64,000 bases of DNA from assembly GCA_028023455.1 (NCBI GenBank), contig JAQFVV010000006.1, positions 6,262,001-6,326,000 of the forward strand, read 5' to 3'. Below, in pieces: positions 37,651-50,505 of this stretch. Numbering within the stretch: the first letter of the stretch is position 1; every line of letters begins with the position of its first letter. Origin of the DNA: Epiperipatus broadwayi. Taxonomy: Eukaryota > Animalia > Onychophora. A model generated the notes under the pieces. That model was given only the letters and a program-made list of their open reading frames with translations. It ran no database searches and was not told where the DNA came from. Made by a program: the position numbers and the translations under genes.

Positions 37651-39010
37651 ATTAAAAATATCTAATTAATATATATCAAAGCTTGGCTTCTTAATTTATA
37701 CTTCAAGATATTAATTGGTATTTTTTCAGTATCTTGAGTTGTATGTTTAAATATGTAATCCTGAATGATTGTGACCTTAAAAGTTAACCTATCCTACAAT
37801 ACATCATGATAGTGTTGCTGTATTTAATGGTTCCTCTATGATGATTGTATTATAATTATCTGAAATATAAGTAAAGTCATGTAAGTTTTTCTCAATAGAT
37901 GGAACCTGTACTCAGGCATAAAATTCATATTTGTATACAGCAAAAATGGATTTTGATAAGTAAGTAACTTAGAAAGCTACAATGAATAACATTACTGATT
38001 TGACTAACATATCAAAAAAACTGAAAATATAAATAAGTTTCATTTAGACTTAATATATTTATGCACATATGCATTTATAACTTTTTTATAAATGATTTGA
38101 CATGTGAAGCATACAATTTTATAACCATACTTTTATTACAATTAAGTTGTAAAGCTATTTAATACATTTTTAATTAACTGAAGCATTATAAGAATATTTA
38201 TTAATTTTAATGCAATCTGTTTTCAATTAAAATTTCCATAAGTGGCTTCAATTCACTCTAAAATGGCTCATTTTTATGTTATTGTAGTGAATTTATGGTA
38301 ATTTTATCTTAAAAAATGTATCTATGATGCTACCATCTTTAGAACTATTTTACAAGTAAAAAATTAATAATATTTCAATTTCAAGTTATAACAACGAGAG
38401 AAGGTGGGCTTTCCAAGGCACTGATTGATTGTTTCTCATTTTCAACAAAAGGCAGTGCTTGTCAACAATTTTGACAGTTCTAAGTGCTTTGTTTTAATTT
38501 TCAAAATGAAAGTATTATGTTTTAGAGTATTTTTTAGAAATTTATTATTATTTTCATAAAATATGTGTGAAAATGTAATTATTTTAGAAGAATAATTCAG
38601 ATTTTTTAGTAAAAATTAATTACTTTTACAGGAAAGTAATTTGAAAAAGAAATCAATGACATAGGCTGCATTCTGTAATAGGTTATGAAATGTTTTCAGC
38701 TATAGATTATTTTTTATCAATTATAAATAGCAATTTATTTTTAAAAAAACTTTCATTTATTTTAATAATCTGACAAATTATTAATTTGCGTTTTATAAAG
38801 TAAACTAAAACAAATATAATATTAAAAGACAAATATATTTTTCTGCTGATTCTATAATTGATCCAATCAAAAGTTTAGAACTTTATTTCATTCAGCCAAT
38901 AGAAATATTTTCAGTTGAGAGATGCGGAAAAGATTAAAAAATGTATTAGTTCTAATAAAAACATGCAATAAAATTTATTTCACTATACTAACGGATTACT
39001 TTTTTTTTCA

Positions 39011-39120
39011 TTTTTTTTTCTTATGTCAAAGCATCAGCCAGGAAGTGAACCCACGACAACTATCTGCAAGCAACTGCTTGCTTGCAAGATAGCTGCGCTG
39101 ACCTCTCGGCTACCAATGTT
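39011..39120 (-). mobile_element. ~100 bp tRNA-like SINE
   Basis: Same family, poly-T on the + strand. Confidence 0.7.
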
Positions 39121-39818
39121 TTTTTGTTCCTGAATGTATGTAGAATAAAATACATAAAAAAGGTCTTTTTAAATTAAAAATAGAGATAAACTTCTAGAAA
39201 GTTGTTGTGTTTTTGCCATTGTTAGACCATAAACTTGGAATAAAGTAATGGTAAGAGAGGTTTCAAGATATACATATGATTGGGTATGTGATCAGAAAAG
39301 TAAATAATTAAAAAGAAGAAAATACTTATGGAATTAAATAAAATTTAAAATGTATATCAATAGTAAAAAAAAATCTAATAATTTCTAAGCTAATGAAGAA
39401 TGATTAATAATTATTTGTGTTTTTATTGATGGACTACCATTATATATATAAAAGCTATATCAAATGGAATATAGGAATCTGTCATTTTTAACATTTTATT
39501 TACAGTATTATTGCTACGAAATAAGATACCTTTCAATATTATTTCTTCACAAGAGATTAGAATGTGACCCATGGCCTATAAAAATAATTTTAGCATATTA
39601 TTACATTCATTTATAAATCTAACCATTAATCTTTCATTTTGAAAGTTATTTTAGAATTAGTTAAACTTTACACCCCATAATTAAATTTAATGATGGATAT
39701 GATTTAAGAGCTTTCTCATTTAAAGTACATTTTAGTAGAAAATGCCCTTTCCCCCTAATTTGTGTTATGACTAAAGATATTATGTCTTATATTTTCTACT
39801 CAAAAATCTATCTGCCCT

Positions 39819-39929
39819 GTCAAGCATTGTTAGCCAAGAGGTCATCGCAGCCACCTTGCAAGCAAGTAGTTGGTTGCAGATGGTTGTGGATTCGCTTCCC
39901 GGACTATGCTATGACATATGAAAAAAAAA
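39819..39929 (+). mobile_element. ~100 bp tRNA-like SINE with 17-bp TSD
   Basis: aaaaatctatctgccct at 39802-39818 and 39925-39941. Confidence 0.85.
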
Positions 39930-40439
39930 TCTATCTGCCCTAAAACTAATCAATTGTAAATGGAATATATATACATTTATAGGTTAATAGTAAAAATGTA
40001 ATTTAATATTTATCAATGATTTATTACCTTGTATGCTCTAACATAGGGATAAGGCTATTCAAACTTCACTAAACCTAGTAATGTCAAGTGGTGTGTTACA
40101 ACAGGCAGGGGCATCATTGGTGGGCTCAATGCCCACTCTTAGTGCTTAAATGTCACCTGTTTCCCCAACGTGTTAAACATTCAATTGGCCTATAAGTTTA
40201 ATACAATAGTAGTAGACTGGATTCCAAAGATTAAGGTTCTTGGAACTTGATACTTTTGGTTTTAGAACATTATATGATTGTCAGAATAATTGACCATATA
40301 TTTATTTAATATCTGATTGAATATATTTACCAAGAAAAAAAAATCTGTGGACATTTCACGAAAAAGTTGTAAAAGTGATCGGGTCAACTGCTATATGTAG
40401 TTGTAGGATATGGATAAAAATAAGAAAATTAAAAATAAA

Positions 40440-40740
40440 TTGGAATCTTTGAGATATGGGTTTAGAGAAACATGGAGAGAATTAGTGGGTGGTTAAGGTG
40501 ATAAATGACTAGATTTTGAAAAGAGTGTAAAACTCAGAGATATATTGAGCAGAAATAATTGCTTAATGAGAGTTGTTTTAAAGGGAATGATAGGTGAAAA
40601 TAGAAGAAACTGATAAAAAAGATTGAGATTATTGGATGATATATGGTGTGGAAGGAGTTACATGGTGTAAAGGAGACAATGAACAGAACAAAATGTTGAA
40701 ATGAATTTAATGTGTGATTGTTCTTTGGAATGTCCATAAG
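40440..40740 (+). pseudogene. RTE-like LINE 3' fragment
   Basis: ESLRYGFR / MERISGW..KV..D.ILKRV-like segment of the RTE C-terminus; degraded. Confidence 0.45.
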
Positions 40741-40799
40741 ATGAACATTTTAATAATAATATTTTCATAATATTTTTTTTAATTTATCATTTGTTTTAT

Positions 40800-40983
40800 A
40801 AATATAGGGGATTTGAACTCAGACTTTAAGCAACCTTAAACTATTCACATTAGCTCATACTACTGATACACATAACCCACACACATGTAGAAAAGATAAA
40901 TAATCACCAATACACATGTTTTATGCTGAACCAGCATTCATCATTTGGTCCAGATTGTCATCTCCCACACACACACACATATA

Positions 40984-41038
<55 letters not shown>

Positions 41039-41430
41039 CAGGGTTCAGTTAATATTGATAAAAATCTTTACATTTTAATGGACAGGCTTCAATCTACTCC
41101 AACATCCAGCCATCCATACCATTGAAAATCTGATGATAAAATTTCCAAATCCCATGCTGATGCCAATATTGTTGTAATGCCCATGTTGATCTCAAGTCAC
41201 TCTAACTCCTCATGTATAGGATGGTATCATTTAAATACATAGAGAAAGGGATGGGCAGAATGCATGCTTAATGTGTAAAATTTGAAATATAGGCATTCTT
41301 AAACCTGGAACTTAATTATAAATATAGGGGATTTGAACTCAGACTTTCAAGCAACATTCAACTATCCACACTATCTCATACTACTGATATACATGACCCC
41401 ACACATGTAGAAAAGATAAATAATCACCAA
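40800..41430 (-). mobile_element. Family A subfamily: decayed monomer plus start of a second tandem unit; (CA)n/(TA)n expansion at 40965-41036
   Basis: aaatataggggatttgaactcagac at ~40800 and ~41321. Confidence 0.8.
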
Positions 41431-41910
41431 ACAAAATATTTGCTATATTTACTGAAAGCATACAAATATGATCAGATGTGAAACATGGGGTCTCTGACCA
41501 AAAGTAATATTCAAATCTGCAAATTGTCCTAAGCAGTCAACCCTTTGTTATTACAGAATTAAAAAAGTGTTGAAAGGATCAATGAATGAAAAATTAGAAA
41601 AAAGTTCAAAATCAGATTTGCTGTGAGGAATATGATTGCATAAATGTACAATATTCTTTTTAATTTATACATTTTTGTCAATCTACTTCTCACCTCAAAC
41701 TAACCATTAACATAGAAATCCCATACAATTCTTTCTTACTATATGTACATTTCAAAAATAACCTTCACTGATCTGGTGGTAAAAAGATAGATGTCTACAC
41801 CATTGGTGATAGCCTAATATTTCCCATTCATTAACTAGAAACTGATTATTATCCATTTTTAATATTATTTGGAAAAGTGAATGATCATTGATCCATATGT
41901 TTTCGAGTTT

Positions 41911-42097
41911 TAAAATTTTTATTAGTACACCCTTTGTTTCAAAGCCCATTATATCCAACCATACACCAACATAAAATTTTTTATTAGTACACCCTTTGTT
42001 TCAAAGCCCATTATATCCAACCATACACCAACATAAAAATTTTTATTAGTACACCCTTTGTTTCAAAGCCCATTATATCCAACCATACACCAACATA
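41911..42097. repeat. 62-bp tandem repeat x3, near-perfect
   Basis: attagtacaccctttgtttcaaagccc at 41921, 41983, 42045. Confidence 0.9.
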
Positions 42098-44479
42098 CAA
42101 TATCATTGTCACAATTATGGCACTGGTGTAGAAGGATTCTAGATGGCATGAGAGGCTCAATAACTGCACCCTGTGCTGACCACTATAATAAGAAGAGAAT
42201 AAGAAAGAGAAAAAGGAAATGAGAATGAAAGAAAAAATAATAGTGATTAAAATTTTTATTAATTATTAATGAATTAAGAGAACGGGATGAAAATTTTTCC
42301 TTGTCTTTTATTCACTTCTATGCACATATATATTTATTACACACAATATTTAGCTACAAATATTGATTACAATAAAGTTTGAAAAACTCTGCTACTATAT
42401 ATTTATATTATTTCTTCTTACACAGAGAGACTGTGAAAAATATTAAATTTAATCTTATAGTGTAGAGAACACTTTTCAAAAGCAAATCTATAATAGATGA
42501 ATCTTCACATAGAAAGTGCATTAAGATTATCTTTCATGTTCATTATATAATGTCTCCTTTTGAAAAAAGTGCTTTTTAGTACAAATACATTAAGGTTATT
42601 GTTATGTCTATATCAATAGTACTACAGGAATAATGTTCCAATCATTCAAAATTCAATAAACAAATGTTAAGGTATTATAGATATTTGCAATACACCATTA
42701 GAAACCAGTTAACACTTAGACAATCCCAATATAGATAACAATCATCAATCTCAAACTGTTGTCAAGGCAACATCCTTTAACAATAAAGGGAAGATCTCTC
42801 TATTATATATATAAAATAGTTTAAAGAGAAGTTTTGGATGGATGAAATAAGAAAGTGTGCAGGGGTGATGTGGAGAAGAGAAGCTAAAGATCGGAGATGT
42901 TTGCTTCAAGCTTATGAGTGCTTTGCCTTGTGTGTGTGCATGATGATGACAGTAGCAAGAAGCTTCCAGCTCAAGGTTAAGTTTGCATCATAGCTTTTTA
43001 TCAATAGGGGAGTGGGGGTCTTACTACCATCTGACTTCTGGTAGTTAATTATCTGATATTGTCAAATTACTTTCTCTAATAGACCTCCAATATATAATTG
43101 TATCCTCTTCTTTACAAAAAAAAACTGTGATACACTGCCTTAGCGCTCCAATTAGCCTGTTTATGCCATAGGATATGTATTTATTTTCATCATAATTTTA
43201 TTGGTCTGCTATATTGTAAGTTCAATAACATTGCAGTCTTGAACAAGTCCATTATTTGATGGTAAGCCTAAAATGGATTCACAACAGTTAAATTTAGTGT
43301 GCCACCCCACCCCCGTTCCTTCCCCATTATTAATGTATTGTCCCAAATTATCTAAATTTAAAATGCAGGTTCAAATCCATTCTCAAAACGATAATCATTG
43401 AATATGTATATAAGTATACATAAAAAGGAACTAAATGATGTTTCAAATTCATATATAAACTCAATCTTGCACAAGACAATAAACATGTTATATATTACTA
43501 TTTCAAGAATATTGGAAAAAGATACTATAACAAAAGATATGACTCTTAAAGCTGAAACAATAATTTAGTGTTAAAATTAGTAATAATGATAAGCTATTAT
43601 CTTTTTTTTTTTTCTATTATCGACAACCAAGTGTTAACACTTGGCCAGAGTATTCTATTTTTTTAGTAAAACCTATCTTCAAGATGTGAGAATCTAACCC
43701 TAGATATAATAAATCTAACGGAAAAGATTAGAATGAATCAACATTTCAGCTTTATGTCTTTAAATCGTCTTTCATTTGTGTTTATTGGTGATTTTTCCTT
43801 GCAAAAGTTTTTTTTTTTTTAAAAAAAAAATTATATCCATACAATCAAATATATTTATGTTCTTATTGTTTTAAAAAAAATGAAAGCACATTAATTTTAC
43901 TTTCAGAGGCAGCCATTAAAAAAGTTCGTCACGTGATACTTCGCAGATATTTTAAATTTCATTAGTTTTAGTTCAAGGGTAAAATGTAAACCATAAGAAG
44001 CAACATGTTTACGGTACAAAAATAAAAAAGTGCTCTTATATAAATAAAGGTTCATTACCAAATACTCAAAAGAAGAACATATTGTATAATGTGAACATAA
44101 ATAAAAGTAAAATTTCGAAAGTTGTTTTTTTATCTTCACTGAGATCTTCTATTTTAGCACATCTGTAACTCCGTATTGACAGAATAACTGATAACAAGAT
44201 TTTCTATTTTTAGTCCTCAAACTCAGATTACGCAGTCCATCTCGCTCCCTGTCAGTCCAACTGATTCGGTCTGTTGGTCCACCTGCTTATCTGCCATCAA
44301 CAAAGATCAAAATAACTTTTTTTTTAATTTAATGTTTTCATTAAATGGTTCAAAAAGTAGGTTAAGCTAAAAGGTGACTAAAAATCGTTCAAACTACAGA
44401 TGCTGTTGAGAAAATGCGTTATTTGCATACTAAACATTTTTATGTAAATATATATTCACAAATGCACACATATGTGTAC

Positions 44480-44800
44480 ACACAATAAACATGCATGTCA
44501 CTTAAGCAATACTCAGGGACATAGCTATTGTGAAGCAAATAATGGCAATGTGTTGGGGCCCTTTGCAAAAGACAAGTAATTAGGTGATCTAACAAATAAT
44601 TAAGTGATTGAAATGAGTTAGTAAACTGAACCCAAAGAGAGTGTAAACCGCATGAGATGGATCAACATATGAGGTGAATGGATGAAATTAGGGAGTTTGT
44701 TGGTATTGGAGAAATTGAGTTAAATTTGCACAGACTGTCCTACAGTGAATTGGCAAGGGTTGACGGAAGGTAATCCCAAGGGATGATGAATGAATATGTG
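44480..44800 (+). pseudogene. RTE LINE 3' end relic (similar short piece at ~42830-42900)
   Basis: ...MR*MDEIREFVG... resembles RTE RW.DEI..F.G; GAAT-type tail. Confidence 0.5.
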
Positions 44801-45789
44801 ATCTATAATTCACCCATTAAGTTATTAACTCCAACTAATTAGTAAAAATTAGTCAGCACTATCAGCTGTTTTTGTTATTCTTTACACAAAACGGATTAAA
44901 ATCTACATGTATTGAAATGGCATAGGTACTCAAAAAAATTCTAACCTCACCGACAGTTTTAATGACAATTCTTACCATTAGTTACAGTTTTTATTTGGTG
45001 TATACACCCTTAACACAATTTACTCTAGATCTCAAATATAGAACTTCATCCTTAACTTTCTTATTTATGCCATTAACAGAAAAATAAGTCAAGTAGGATA
45101 AATAATTTACGAAATTCACAGCCACGACTAACAGCAAATTCTTTTTCCTCTCATCACAGTTACGCTACCTACTGCATCTTTCAATAATTAATAAATATCA
45201 AATAGTAGTGAATAATAAATCCCTGTCCTAACCAATATCTCCAAACTAGTTTATATCTTGGCGTTTTCCTGAACGTTTGTGATGATGGTGTTTTGGTTAT
45301 ATTTATATAAATGAACTATTTCCATCATCTAACAAGAGTATTGAATCTCTTTTAAAAAAATTTAACTTTATTTAAATATTCCAAATGGCATTCAACTGTT
45401 AGTAACAGCATATCAATTTGTATATGTGCAACGTTTCAAGAGGTATTATTCTCCCTTCTTCTTATGGCTTTTATCAGTGAGAAACTTTGGATTTGGGGGC
45501 AGTGCTTTTCTATCTTTGTGCAATGTTTCAAGAGGTATTATTCCCCCTCTTCTTATGGCTTTTATCAGTGAGAAACTTTGTATTTTCAGGCAGTGCACCG
45601 CTATCTTTTAAATCCAATGCACTTTTTCTCTAGCAGTCATGTTTTATTTCTTTGTTTTCTCTCAAGCTACTAGTACAAATTGAAAAACCTTAATATTTTC
45701 AATCAAAGCCAACATGATTGTATATAGATCTGAAACCAATTCGTTATCTACATATTCGGTTTTCTTAATTTTAATATCTATAGAAAAAG

Positions 45790-45990
45790 GGCATTAGATC
45801 CCAAATATTCAGGTGCATTGTTCCTAACTCCAAAAAAAAAAAAAACAACAACTCAGTAATGAAAGATATAAACTAGAAACTAGTCGGAAGATATTGGATA
45901 GGTCAACACTGGATAGGATTTTATTAATAATAGCATTATTGTCTGGCAACTATTGATTACTAAAGTTTACACCAGATGGCATAACTGTGA
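45790..45990 (+). mobile_element. Decayed family B fragment
   Basis: actagaaactagtcggaagatattggata; ctattgattac. Confidence 0.65.
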
Positions 45991-47588
45991 TAATAAAAAG
46001 AATTTACTGTGGAATAGGATTGAATAAGCAGTTGCCATGTGGTTTATTGCTTTTTTTATCCTGGTACTTATAAAAGTGATCAACATTGATTATAGCATAG
46101 TGATTAGCTTATCTGATACACTCATAACCTGGTTTGAATCTGATCTAGGTGAAAGCTTTTTTTTTTCAATTTGTAAATAGATGAAGAGTTTATAGCTAAC
46201 CTAACTATCTATCCAATAGTGGTTAATAAATGGATATTAAGATATTATTAGCTGGAGGATAAATTGTAATATTATGAAGTTTTAACTGCTTATGAGTGTT
46301 ATATTCTTAGTTGCTATGTGTCTAAAGTTATATTATTTATTTATTTCATAAAAAATAATAAAGCAGTTTCTCACTAAAAAATCCTGAAGAGGAAAATGTA
46401 CTCCCCAGGCTTACAAATTATTGACTGAGAAAGACTCAAACAAATTTTCATTCCTATTCTTCCACTAGTAAGAAATAGCAGATACTCGTTTACTGACCAA
46501 TAATAATTGTTTTGCTACATTGTTTGTGATAGCAGTTATCTGAAAGAAAAATTGTAATCCTGGCTAAACTTTTTCCTGGTCTGAATTTGAATCCAATTTG
46601 TATAAATGGCTGCTAGATGTGCTTTTATTAACTATGGAAACCTTCAAAACTCATGATTATAGATATATAGTAATGAATAAAAATACTTCCAAGCTGTCTC
46701 ACATACAGACAAGAAGTTTAAATGTGTCAGCGCTACATTTTGGCCAATAGTAAAATGATTATATGGTGGAGTTACTAAGAAACTTATTCCAAGTTACAAG
46801 TTGATTCTGACATTTCCATTGGAATGACCAAAGTCAAGTTGTGGGGGTTTTTTATTGGGAGGGGGGAGGGTGACCAAAGTCAATTTTTTTGAAAAAATTT
46901 GTTCAGCTGTGAATCAATTAAGAAATTTTTAGTTCTCAAATATTTACTCCATCACTATGGTATCCAGGTGGGATTACTATTCTACCACTAATCTAGATAT
47001 ACCTAAGAAAGATAAGATTAGTATTTTTTTTTGTTTTTCTGCCTTGCGTATTTTGGTGCATTTAGAAAGCAGCAGAATCTGGACATCAATGTTCATGAAT
47101 CATGACCAGTTCTGTTACATCCAGCAAACTTCTTATGCACTTCCAAGTGATTATTAAACCATTTGACTGTTTTTGGTTTGCAATTTGGTGAAGTGGTAGA
47201 ACAGACTCAGGATCTCAAGATTCCATGATTGTGGTACAGTCCTGATATTTCCAGAATCCAAACTTCTTGTGATGTTCTGAGCAATAATAAATCTTATAAT
47301 TATTTTTGACTTACATTGTTTGGCATAGTGATAAGCTGGTAGTCTCTGGGAATACATGGTTCATAGATTGTGGCACAGTTCTCACATTTCCAGAGTTCAA
47401 ACTCCTTAGAATGTCCTGAGCAAAAATAACCTGCTGATTATTTTAGTCCTATATGGTTTGCTATTCTAGTAAAGTGACAGTTTGATATCCAAAGGTTCTA
47501 ATAGTTTTGCATGTTAGTCTTGAACCAAATAGGTACCATTCATTATACTTCAACTTACATAAAACTAATAAAAACTAATAATAAAATT

Positions 47589-47637
47589 AATAGAAACTCT
47601 GAGGAAGACTGCTGATTACTCGAAACCGTAAGCTATT
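47589..47637 (+). ncRNA. PLE-type type-I hammerhead, CpGs retained
   Basis: AATAG-AAA-CT-CTGAGGA-A-GACTG-CTGAT-TACTC-GAAA-CCG-TA^-AG-CTATT, followed by aataaa (pLTR-like context). Confidence 0.75.
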
Positions 47638-47931
47638 TGCAAGTGTGAAAAATAAAGTGTTGTATTATATAAAGTGCACAATAGAAATGATTTTTTAATA
47701 ATAATACAAAAGAAAAATATCATTGCTCTGCTATTTTTCAAATTTAAAAAAATTATCAGCATTTTAGGATGGAAATAGCTAAATATTCTATTGGCATTTG
47801 TTACTGCATATTCTCACTGATACTTTGCCCTATTATCTATAATTAGATGCAATTATCGCTAAACACCCAAAATTTTATCTCACAAGAGTGACTTCTATTA
47901 CAAAAGTTTTCAGTTATCCTATCTATTAGAT

Positions 47932-48118
47932 CAGTGGTTCTCAACCTGTGGTTCATGACTTCTTTGAGGGTCAAACAACACTTTTACAGGGTTCACCTAA
48001 GACCATTGGAAAACACATTTTTGATTGATAACAGTAGCAAAATTAAGGGTTGGGAGATCACCACAACATAAGGAACTGTATTAAAGTGTCACAGCATTAG
48101 GAAGATTGAGAGCCAACG
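47932..48118 (+). mobile_element. hAT MITE resembling SPIN/URR1, 8-bp TSD
   Basis: TIRs CAGTGGTTCTCAACCT / GATTGAGAGCCAACG; TSD tattaga(t/c) at 47924-47931 and 48119-48126; internal ccacaacataaggaactgtattaaag matches the SPIN MITE as I recall it. Confidence 0.8.
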
Positions 48119-49994
48119 TATTAGACTATTCTTATTCAGCAGAAACATAATTTTCAAAAGTTACAGTTTTAGATACATTTAATAATTCCACTCCACTAAA
48201 CATTCCTGAACATATGACTAAAGGGCATCTGAAAAAGACACATGACCACAAGAGGCATTTCACACTGAACCAAGGCTTTTCAGTTGGCCCATATTATAAT
48301 TATATGTCTTCATCATTTGTTCAATATTTATCAATCAAATTATTAATATATGTTTTAAAGTGCCAAACATTTTGCACTCACAACTTTGATGACATCCACT
48401 TCAGATGAATATACTGATGATTGTTTCTAATAATTTATTATGCTTGGAATTATCATATCATTATTCACCCAATATGAACTTTAAATCTCACTTAAAGAAT
48501 AATATATCTCATTTTCACTCCATGTGTTTATGTTTAACTAATGAATAACTATATTAATCTTTAACTGAAATTTAAATTTTATGACTAACCTAGGAATGAT
48601 ATGATAATCTCCAGTCTAATAGGTGGTTAGTAATGGTCATTGATGTATCGATCTGCAGTTGATGTTTTCAAATATGTGAGTTCAGGAAATCTGACACTTG
48701 TAAATCAAACTGCAATTATTTTTTTAATTATATATAAATATCCAATGCTATATTTTATATATAATAAGTATTTTTTCTATGTTCTAAATACCTTGATTAA
48801 GATCATGTGGCTTTCTTAAATGAGTTCAACTTATATTGGACAGGAGTGACTTCTTTGGTAATTTCATCCAATGATAATTTTCTATAAACTTCTATGAGTG
48901 GTTAGCGAACCATAAAAATCTATTGTTATTGCAAAGCACGTTAGTTAGAATGAAAATAAAAACACATTAACTATTTCAATAAATAATAATTGCATGGTTT
49001 TCCCCTTGGAAAATCATAAATCTTGAGTGACAGAAGTCGCAGAGTTGAGTTGTAATTCATGGACCAAACAAATAAATCTGCTACTCTACCATAACACTAA
49101 ACTATGCTCTGTTGTTTCTGGTGCTTAATATCATATGACCTACTGAGCAACAAATTATTTGATTACTATATACAATTCAATTCTTTAGAATATATATAGA
49201 GCATGATATATTTGTCTACTGATTATTTTTATTTATTCTCTGCAAATATTTAAAAAAAAAATTTAATATTAATATTGATTTTTTAAAATACCTTTATTTA
49301 AGAGAAACTTTGATTGTTTGTTTTAGTTAAATCTTGTAATCAATTTTGAATATACTTCTGTCAAATAACCATATTTTCTTCTAATTTTATCCATATTAGG
49401 TATCGTTGATAATGCAGTTTGACAGAGAAATATTACAAAGGTTTCCAGAAATTGCCAGTCTAATAATGTTCATGAGTTGAACTTCAAAGTGACATCACTT
49501 TGGTAAGGTTTCAGTAACGCATATGAGATGATGGACTCTTTCAATGGATATTCACTAAGAGACATTTACAGTTAATTAAAAAAGAAGAAAACACATGAAG
49601 GATGAAATCATAATTTCTCTTGATTCATGAATTAAAACTTGCATTCTTAAAAAAAATGGTGCCTTCCTAAACAAAAAATTTGTAAACAATTTTGGACTCG
49701 TGCGAATTTCATTTCAAAAATTAAAAATACTATGACATTATTTACACTTTTATTTTCTAAATTACAGTACGAAGAATTATGAAAAATTTGTTAAAAAATA
49801 TAAAAATGAACAAAATTAATCCAATCACTAATGATTAAATTAATTATTTAAGTGCTTTTACTTTGAATAAATCAACAATTTGTAATTGAAGAAAAAAAAT
49901 TATTTTATACTTTTTAGTGCATTATTCCGTGAATTAAATATTTAAGTATTTTTTTTATAAAATATTTTTTTATACATAAACTATTCCTTTTATA

Positions 49995-50505
49995 TTTTAA
50001 GCAGAAAAGATTTACACTGTATATACATGCACTGTAATATTGTTTTTAATATCTCAATGATGTTTGTTAAGTACAAAGGATACTCTCAAATCAAAGTTCA
50101 AGATAAGAGATTTTGAAAAATTAACACAGCCATCTTATTTTTGCACCTAAATTTAATTATTAGGCCAATCCAAAGTATCTTGGATTGAAAGCTTAAAGGT
50201 CTTCCATTAATTATTTTACATTGATTATTTTTATTCCATCCATTAACAGTCATAAAATTTTCAAATTTATTACTGGTTAATATTATGAAATATTAGAATC
50301 TATATATGTGAATTTAGGTACAAAAATAAGATGGCTGCTTTTATCTTTTCAAAGTCTCTATCTAATGCTTTGGTTTGAGAGTATCCTTTGTATTCAACAA
50401 AACATCATTGACATATTAAAACAATATTATAATGTTCATGTTTAGGGTGTACATTTCCTCTCAATAAAATAACACATGAATACAGCAACTAAATAGAAAG
50501 TTACA
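49995..50505. mobile_element. Family G twin-arm element
   Basis: ggatactctcaaatcaaag (50078) inverted with ctttggtttgagagtatcc (50368); cagccatcttattttt / aaaataagatggctg. Confidence 0.75.

Noticed and set aside
41911-42097. 62-bp x3 and other short tandem arrays as CRISPR-like
   Set aside because: No unique spacers; eukaryotic context; simple tandem duplication inside a probable LINE relic
43900-44300. CpG-retaining patch with a CACGTG E-box and a possible short minus-strand exon (MADKQVDQQTES...)
   Set aside because: No homology or partner exons visible; promoter or exon call unsupported
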